From assembly GCA_051418015.1 (NCBI GenBank), contig JBPRGF010000017.1:96001-160000 (forward strand): 64,000 nucleotides of DNA, written 5' to 3'. The position numbers and the translations under genes are program-made. Positions 58,219 to 64,000 of this stretch are shown here, in pieces; within the stretch, counting starts at the first letter, position 1; each line of letters starts with the position of its first letter. Under the pieces are notes generated by a model that ran no database searches, had not been told where the DNA came from, and was given only the letters and a program-made list of their open reading frames with translations. The stretch is from Candidatus Nitrospinota bacterium M3_3B_026. Lineage in GTDB: Bacteria; Nitrospinota_A; UBA7883; JBPRGF01.

Positions 58219-58531
58219 ATTTTCCGCTCCTCGTGAGCACTCCCCGCAAGGGGACCTAAAGGACCTGGGTTTTAGCCCCGGGCCCTTCTGAACAGCGGAC
58301 CGGCGGGTCCGCGAGCGCGCGCCATTCCGGCGCGAACATATCCACACAACCTCCGTGCGCGCTTTCTCGCCCAACGGGCGGTCTCAAGCGTCAGCGGAGT
58401 TCGCTGGATAAAAACGTCTTTTGGCCCACAGGGGGCCGCAATCCCTAACTTGCGAGGCCCCCCGTGGGAGGACCGTCTTCCTCCTTCACGGGAGGGCCTC
58501 GCGCCTTTTTGAAGAAGGAGGAAGAGTCATG
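58219..58531 (+). ncRNA. Structured ~315-nt cis-regulatory leader, copy 2
   Basis: Paralog of 56439-56754. Confidence 0.6.
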
Positions 58532-58969
58532 AGCGAAAAGTATCCAGGAGAGTTCTTCGGTGGCGTCATCCACAGCTACACCCGCGCCCAGGCGATAGCC
58601 GACGGCGTGTTGGTGGACGTCACCGAAATGGCGAAGGAAGCCGGCTTCCGCTGGCCCGTGGCCATAACCCGAACGGCCTGGGAAGACTGCGTGGCGTGGT
58701 CCGAAGAGGACTGCGAACGTCAGGTTCACCAGGACGAGTCCGGGAGGACCTGGGACGTCTTGTACATGGCGATCCACGCCATGCGCCTCGCCGTGAGCAA
58801 CGCTCGCAGGGGCGTGCCGCAAGACCCGTCCCTGCTGTTCTACGAGCTGGACCGAGTCCCGCGTGACGGAAAAAGCGTCCGTCCACGAAAGGCGCGGCTG
58901 AAGCTCGTGGCCGGGCCGGGTGACAACGGCGAACCGGTGATAACGATAATGTTGCCGAACGAAGACTAA
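58529..58969 (+). CDS. DUF6573-type plasmid/ICE protein
   Basis: IHSYTRAQAIADGVLVDV..EAGF..PVA.T..AW..CV.W..QDESGR.WDVL..GPGD.GEPVITIMLPNED. Confidence 0.75.
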   Translation: MSEKYPGEFFGGVIHSYTRAQAIADGVLVDVTEMAKEAGFRWPVAITRTAWEDCVAWSEEDCERQVHQDESGRTWDVLYMAIHAMRLAVSNARRGVPQDPSLLFYELDRVPRDGKSVRPRKARLKLVAGPGDNGEPVITIMLPNED

Positions 58970-59073
58970 GACGCCCCGCTCGGGGCCGTAACGCTAACCA
59001 TGCGCGGCCCCGTGAGGGCGAAAAGTCCCTCTCCTGATGGAGGGCCGCGCGCCTATCCAGAAGGAGAAGGACG

Positions 59074-60798
59074 ATGCCGACCACGAGAGAAAACCACTCC
59101 ACGGATGCCGCCCAGTGCCGGGTCTGCGGAGAGGCGATAAACACGGATAACCTGGAATGCCCGCTCTGCGGCGCCGTCCAGGAGTTCGACCCGCGCCGCC
59201 GGCGGGAGGGCAACCGCCCCCGGCGGTTCGAACAGTCCGTCGCGCGTTCCCAGAACCACAACGGACTGTACACGATCTACCGGAACTCGGACGGGAGCTA
59301 TTCCTGCACCTGCCCGAGTTTCATGAAGGGGAACTCGGAGGTTCGGCCCGGGTGGCCGGGGTATTCCTGCAAGCACATCAGGAACTATCTCGACGGCTCG
59401 GCCGGAGCGCCGGAGATCAACGGCCGCCCGCCCACCGAGTGGCAGTCGGCCGCGTTGAAGAAGCTGGGCGTCGCCGGGCCTGAGCGGCTCACGGACGCCC
59501 AGGCCTACTTCCTGATCCAGGACATCCTGGACTACCAGGGTGTGTCCTACAGGGAGTACGAAGCGATCCTGCGCGACCACGGCAGGGTGAGCGTTCTGCC
59601 CGTGCTGCCCGTGGGCGTGGAATTCGAGGGATACGTATCCGCCGAGGCCGGGCATCAGGGACTGGCCGGACGGCTGGTTCAGGCTGGAATACCGGCGATC
59701 GATCCGGGATACACCCATAACCAGTTCGAGGCCGCGGACGGCCGCCCGATGTTCAAGCTCGTGCCTGACGCGAGCCTGTCCAACGGGGTCTCCGGCTGGA
59801 CGCCCGTGGAGATCGTCACCCCCAAACTCTTCGGAGCGAAGGGGTTCAAGACCGTCGGCCAGGCCCTCGCCATATGGCGGGAGGCCGGGGCGAAGGTAAC
59901 CGCCTCCACGGGCTGTCACGTCCACGTGGACGCCTGGAACTACGAGGACCGGCTCCTGATCGAGCTCATGAAGTTGTGGGCCAGGATCGAGAGCCGGGTT
60001 CTATGGTGGTTCGTCTCGCCGAGCAGGCGGGGCAACTCCTTCTGCCTGCCGGTGACGGCGGATTATATCCGCATGGCGGCGAGGCAGGGAGTCACGAGCG
60101 TCACGCGCTACCTGTCGCTCAACGTCAAGGCGTTCGAGAGTTACCGGACGGTGGAGTTCCGGCTGCATCAGGGGACGACTTCGGGACGCAAGATCATCCC
60201 CTGGGTGATCTTCCTGATGAAGCTGGTGGAGGCCGTGAAAAACGGTCTCACCTGGCGGGACGTCGAGCCCACGCCGGACAGCGTCTTCGACGCCGTCGGC
60301 ATGGACGAGACCGCCACGCCGCGTATCCGGCGGGCCAGGGATTTTCTGGGTCAACGGTACGAGTGGTGGAGGCGCGACGCCGAGCGGAACCCCACCCACG
60401 CCAGGAGGCCCGTCGAGGTCGACCTGGACACCGTGGAGAGGGAGATCGAGCGAATAGTCTCCGGGCCGGGACGGGCAAGGACGCCCGTCGGCGAGGATAT
60501 CCTGCGGCGCAGGATGACGATACGCGCCCTGGCCGGTATGCGCGGGCGATCCCGCGAGGAGGTCATCGAGAACCCGGACGCGGGGTTCTACCACGTCCGC
60601 TCGGTCACCGGCTCCAGGATGTATCTCGTCACAAGGAGCGGCGGGGTTCTCAACGAGGACGACTCGCTGAGATGCTCCTGCCCGAGCTTCACCCGGGACG
60701 GGCGCTGCGTCCACGCCATCGGCGTGGCGCGGGCGCTCATGCGCGTCGTCGAGGCGAGAAGGGCCGAAGAGTCCTCCGCCGCGGCGGCGAGGAGGTGA
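59074..60798 (+). CDS. Amidoligase (COOH-NH2 ligase family) with N-terminal Zn ribbon and two SWIM zinc fingers
   Basis: GVEFE, LVPDASL, EIVTP, STGCHVHV, RY.SLN..TVEFRLH.GT; SWIM CTCPSF..CKH and CSCPSF..CVH; CRVC..CPLC. Confidence 0.82.
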   Translation: MPTTRENHSTDAAQCRVCGEAINTDNLECPLCGAVQEFDPRRRREGNRPRRFEQSVARSQNHNGLYTIYRNSDGSYSCTCPSFMKGNSEVRPGWPGYSCKHIRNYLDGSAGAPEINGRPPTEWQSAALKKLGVAGPERLTDAQAYFLIQDILDYQGVSYREYEAILRDHGRVSVLPVLPVGVEFEGYVSAEAGHQGLAGRLVQAGIPAIDPGYTHNQFEAADGRPMFKLVPDASLSNGVSGWTPVEIVTPKLFGAKGFKTVGQALAIWREAGAKVTASTGCHVHVDAWNYEDRLLIELMKLWARIESRVLWWFVSPSRRGNSFCLPVTADYIRMAARQGVTSVTRYLSLNVKAFESYRTVEFRLHQGTTSGRKIIPWVIFLMKLVEAVKNGLTWRDVEPTPDSVFDAVGMDETATPRIRRARDFLGQRYEWWRRDAERNPTHARRPVEVDLDTVEREIERIVSGPGRARTPVGEDILRRRMTIRALAGMRGRSREEVIENPDAGFYHVRSVTGSRMYLVTRSGGVLNEDDSLRCSCPSFTRDGRCVHAIGVARALMRVVEARRAEESSAAAARR

Positions 60799-60801
60799 GT
60801 C

Positions 60802-61743
60802 ATGTGCGGGATATTCGGCTATGTTGGCAAGTCGAGCTGGAGGACGTCGCTGTTGCTCCAGCAGCTTTGCATCGCCGACGAGGTTCGCGGCCGTCATTCC
60901 ACGGGGCTGGTCATCCAGTCCCGGGAGGACGACCACTGTTACCTCATGAAGCGCGCCCTGAGTGGAAGCGAGTTCGTGGCGGAAGGTCACACCGGGTTCC
61001 TGTTCGGCAGGAAGTACCGGATGGCCCTCGGCCACAACCGGTTCGCCACCCTGGGCGAGGTGAACAACCGGAACGCCCATCCCTTCGGCTTCAGGGTCGG
61101 AGAAGGTTGGAACTTCGGAGTTCACAACGGCGTGATCGGAAGCGAGAGGACGGTGAAGACCGTCGCCATGAGCTTCGGAGTCAAGACCACGCCGGACGTG
61201 GACAGCGAAGTCGCGTTCTGGTCGATCGCGAAGCTCGTCAACCGCGGCATGGATACCGTCGAGGCCATCGACAAGGTGACCGAGCGGATATCCGCCGTGG
61301 CGGATTTTTCGTTCGCGTACATGGACACCGAGAGGCGTTGCATCTACCTGTGGCGGTCGCCTGACCGGCCGCTGTGGGTGTTCGACGCGCGGTGTCACGG
61401 GCTTGGGCGGTGGTTCTGCAGCACCGAGGATATCTTCTTCGGCGCATGGCGCTCCATACGCGGGGCGCTGGGCGATCCGAAGGAGGTGAAATCCCGGGAG
61501 CTGACGCCGTACAGGCTGTACCGGATGGGGCGCGACGGGCTGGTGAGAAAGGTCAAAGACCTTTCCCACCGACCGCGGCGCGAGCCGGAAACCCGGCCGG
61601 CGGGACTCTCGACGATGTTCGGGATCGACGGCCGGGAGGATGAATGGGCATGGTTGGAAAACCGAAGACCCAGGAGAAAGAAATCCACGCCGAAGGAGGA
61701 TGAGCGGCTCTTCGAGGACCGGCTCCTTCCGGGGCTGTGGTGA
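60802..61743 (+). CDS. Class II (Ntn) glutamine amidotransferase
   Basis: MCGIFG N-terminal nucleophile, RGRHSTG, GHNRFAT, NAHPF, HNGVI, VDSE. Confidence 0.88.
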   Translation: MCGIFGYVGKSSWRTSLLLQQLCIADEVRGRHSTGLVIQSREDDHCYLMKRALSGSEFVAEGHTGFLFGRKYRMALGHNRFATLGEVNNRNAHPFGFRVGEGWNFGVHNGVIGSERTVKTVAMSFGVKTTPDVDSEVAFWSIAKLVNRGMDTVEAIDKVTERISAVADFSFAYMDTERRCIYLWRSPDRPLWVFDARCHGLGRWFCSTEDIFFGAWRSIRGALGDPKEVKSRELTPYRLYRMGRDGLVRKVKDLSHRPRREPETRPAGLSTMFGIDGREDEWAWLENRRPRRKKSTPKEDERLFEDRLLPGLW

Positions 61744-61750
61744 GAACGTC

Positions 61751-61798
61751 AACCGACCCGCGGGCGCGGCTTACACGCCGCCCCGCGGGGGTTTTTTT
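61751..61798 (+). terminator. Terminator-like hairpin between the GATase and the next gene
   Basis: CCCGCGGG.GCGGC/GCCGC.CCCGCGGG stem followed by T7. Confidence 0.55.
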
Positions 61799-61812
61799 GA
61801 GAAGGAGAATAC

Positions 61813-62082
61813 ATGATGGATATCATGAAGCAGTTACAGGAAGTTCGGAACTACGTGTACCGCGTGTCAAAGGCGACCCACGGGAGGGGCGAACTGGATT
61901 TCGCCAATTACGATTTGCTCGAAGAGGTCGAGAACCTGATAACCGTTACGGCGGGTCTGCTCGACGCCGTGAACCAGGCGATCGAGGAGATCGACGCCGG
62001 CGGCGAGCAGAGCAGGGCGTTCGCCGAGCTTATCCGCGTTCTTCGGACCGCCAGGGACAAGGCGGAAGGAAGAGCGTCATGA
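61813..62082 (+). CDS. Small helical hypothetical protein
   Basis: AAGGAG SD; ATGA overlap with the next gene. Confidence 0.6.
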   Translation: MMDIMKQLQEVRNYVYRVSKATHGRGELDFANYDLLEEVENLITVTAGLLDAVNQAIEEIDAGGEQSRAFAELIRVLRTARDKAEGRAS

Positions 62083-62555
62083 GCGCCGGCGGATACCCGA
62101 ACAGCATCGTCGAGGTCCTCGACGACGGGATGAAGTTCCGCAAGGGCGCGATTCGGACTTTGAGGACCTTCAAGGCCCACGTCGCGCGGAACAGGCTGCG
62201 AGGTTACAGGGACCCGCAGATCGTCCTGCGCCGGTATCAGGCCATGCGCTGGCTCGTACAGACGCTGGCGCTGGTCTACCGGATACCGGTCCCCGAGCTG
62301 CGGCTCGGCCGGATCACCGGAGAGCGCGGCTCGTCCGGTATCAGCCGGTACATCCCCGGCGCGAACGTGATCGTCCTGGAAGGCAGACTGTCCGTCCTGA
62401 CGCTTCTGCACGAGCTGGCGCACGCGCGGGGCATGGACGAACGCAAAGCCGTCAGGTGGAGCGTGAACCTGTACCGGCGGGTCTATCCCCGCCACTTCGA
62501 AAAGCTGATGGAGCGCAACGGAGGCGGCCTGGTGGGCCATTTCCTGAGCGCGTGA
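62079..62555 (+). CDS. Small zincin-like (HExxH) metallopeptidase-domain protein
   Basis: LSVLTLLHELAHARG.DE..A..WS. Confidence 0.62.
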   Translation: MSAGGYPNSIVEVLDDGMKFRKGAIRTLRTFKAHVARNRLRGYRDPQIVLRRYQAMRWLVQTLALVYRIPVPELRLGRITGERGSSGISRYIPGANVIVLEGRLSVLTLLHELAHARGMDERKAVRWSVNLYRRVYPRHFEKLMERNGGGLVGHFLSA

Positions 62556-62562
62556 GTCTAAC

Positions 62563-62599
62563 GGCCGCCGATGGTATACGCCACGGCGGCCTTTTTTTT
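62563..62599 (+). terminator. Intrinsic terminator
   Basis: GGCCGCCG/CGGCGGCC stem followed by T8. Confidence 0.75.
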
Positions 62600-62734
62600 A
62601 CGCGCGGGGTCCGGCCTCCGTGTTTGTTTGTTTTTTAATCCTGTTTGTTTGTACGTCGTTTTTTAAAAGTTTTTTCCCTTGGTTTTTTGTGTTTTTTTCG
62701 GGGCTGTCCGCCAGGCTTGGTATACTGCCTGATA

Positions 62735-63484
62735 ATGGCCACGCAATCACTCATCGAGTGGACGGAACAGACATGGAACCCGTCCACAGGCTGCTCGAAG
62801 ATCAGCCCAGGCTGCAGGCATTGCTATGCGGAGGCCATGGCCCGGAGGCTGCGCGCCATGGGAGTGGCGGGGTACGAGAACGGTTTCAAGCTCACGTTGC
62901 ATCCCGAGCGCCTGAATCAGCCGCTGAACAGGAAAAAGCCCACGGTCTATTTCGTGAACTCGATGTCGGACCTGTTCCACGAGGATATCCCGGACGGCTT
63001 CATCGACCAGGTTATGGAAGCGATCCGGCTCACGCCCCGGCACATCTACCAGATACTCACCAAGCGGGCGGAACGCATGGCGCGGTATTTCGAAGCGCGC
63101 GGGGAGGCTCCGGTCAACGCCTGGCTGGGAGTCACCGTCGAGGACCGCAAACACGGGATACCGAGGGCCGATCTTCTCCGGCGAACACCGGCCGCCATCC
63201 GGTTCCTCTCCATGGAGCCGTTGCTCGAGGACCCTGGGGCCTTGGACCTTTCCGGCGTCCACTGGGTCATCGTGGGCGGCGAGTCGGGGCCGAAAGCCAG
63301 GCCGATGCGCGCCGGATGGGTGGAGAACGTCCGGGCCCAGGCCGAGGAGGCCGGCGCTGCCTTTTTCTTCAAGCAGTGGGGCGCATGGGGCGCGGACGGC
63401 AGGCGCAGGAGCAAGAAGGCCAACGGACGGCTCTTCAAGGGAAGAACCTGGGACGAGACGCCGGCCGTGGCCGCGGCGGCCTGA
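62735..63484 (+). CDS. DUF5131 (phage Gp37/Gp68) family protein
   Basis: IEWT..TWNP.TGCSKISPGCRHCYA, FVNSMSDLFHE, LTKR, EPLL, WVIVGGESG, FFFKQWG. Confidence 0.9.
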   Translation: MATQSLIEWTEQTWNPSTGCSKISPGCRHCYAEAMARRLRAMGVAGYENGFKLTLHPERLNQPLNRKKPTVYFVNSMSDLFHEDIPDGFIDQVMEAIRLTPRHIYQILTKRAERMARYFEARGEAPVNAWLGVTVEDRKHGIPRADLLRRTPAAIRFLSMEPLLEDPGALDLSGVHWVIVGGESGPKARPMRAGWVENVRAQAEEAGAAFFFKQWGAWGADGRRRSKKANGRLFKGRTWDETPAVAAAA

Positions 63485-63549
63485 CGCTCCCACTTGACAG
63501 CGCCAAGGCGCCAATGAGAAATTAAAGATCAAAGAATCCCGGGGGCCAG

Positions 63550-64000
63550 ATGAGAAACAAGCCGAAGACAGCGTATACCGTTAACAAGGATAAACTTATC
63601 GCTACGCTGCTGTACGTGGCGCAAAAACTCATACAGCGGCGCGGGAAGCTGAGCGCGGATATACACCGCGTTTTCAAGATCATGTATTTCGCCGACCAGG
63701 AGAGCCTGGTCCGCTACGGGCGGCCAATCTCCACGGACCAATACGACGCGCTCCCTTACGGACCCGTCCCATCGAACGCCTATGAGATAGTCAAGACCAT
63801 ACGCGGAGACACGGTGTTTCGATCGGACGATTTTCAGGGTTTGCTCGAAGTGAAGGACAATAAATATATCACCCCGCTTACTGCTCCGGACATGGACGAG
63901 TTCTCGGAATCCGACCTGGAATGCCTGGACGAATCCATCGGGAGGCATTGCCGGATGAACTTCGATACCCTGACGGAAAAATCGCATGACAAGGCGTGGA
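63550..64000 (+). CDS. Panacea-domain (DUF4065/SocA-like) antitoxin, 3' truncated; missing from the ORF track
   Basis: My translation: KIMYFADQESLVRYGRPISTDQYDALPYGPVPS ... LTEKSHDKAW. Confidence 0.85.
   Translation, partial: MRNKPKTAYTVNKDKLIATLLYVAQKLIQRRGKLSADIHRVFKIMYFADQESLVRYGRPISTDQYDALPYGPVPSNAYEIVKTIRGDTVFRSDDFQGLLEVKDNKYITPLTAPDMDEFSESDLECLDESIGRHCRMNFDTLTEKSHDKAW

Larger units (their letters stand above)
25428..64000. mobile_element. Integrative conjugative element with F-type T4SS inserted at the selC 3' end (right end beyond window)
   Basis: Abrupt switch from housekeeping to phage/plasmid genes right after the tRNA CCA; tra operon, partition, primase, establishment-type genes. 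Confidence 0.85.

Noticed and set aside
60001..61752. Long antisense and alternate-frame ORFs (also 53013-54767, 5221-6936, 32933-34534, 52334-54256 and others)
   Set aside because: Shadow ORFs of GC-rich genes with clear motif-bearing products in another frame
1..64000. CRISPR array or other regularly spaced repeat-spacer array
   Set aside because: None seen; the repeats found are irregular iterons, REP-like palindromes or two-to-three-copy dispersed repeats

Overview
The window has two parts. Bases 1-25,330 are ordinary GC-rich chromosome: ABC ATPase (partial), radical SAM/SPASM, sucCD, 2-oxoacid:ferredoxin oxidoreductase alpha/beta, ndk, uvrC, an ETF/FixC-X operon, a sugar epimerase, two GT4 glycosyltransferases, a CheX-like protein and a RomR-like response regulator. 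A clear tRNA-Sec gene (selC, 25334-25427) follows. From its 3' end to the window edge lies a large integrated conjugative element, at least 38.5 kb and truncated on the right. It carries (i) phage-like small ORFs, a HerA-like ATPase and a 918-aa TOPRIM primase-helicase followed by a TCCATCA iteron-type origin, (ii) a Mom/GNAT-like domain fused to a sigma-70 domain, (iii) a ParM-type partition pair, (iv) an F-type mating-pair operon (traALEKBVC, split traN, traWU, trbC, trhF, traFHG) with probable exclusion genes, and (v) an establishment/leading-like region. That last region has a duplicated ~315-nt covarying structured leader with an anti-SD switch, a double-SWIM amidoligase plus class II GATase plus HExxH peptidase, DUF5131 and a Panacea antitoxin. 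No integrase, relaxase or coupling protein is visible in the window. All family calls come from motif recognition by eye, not from database searches.
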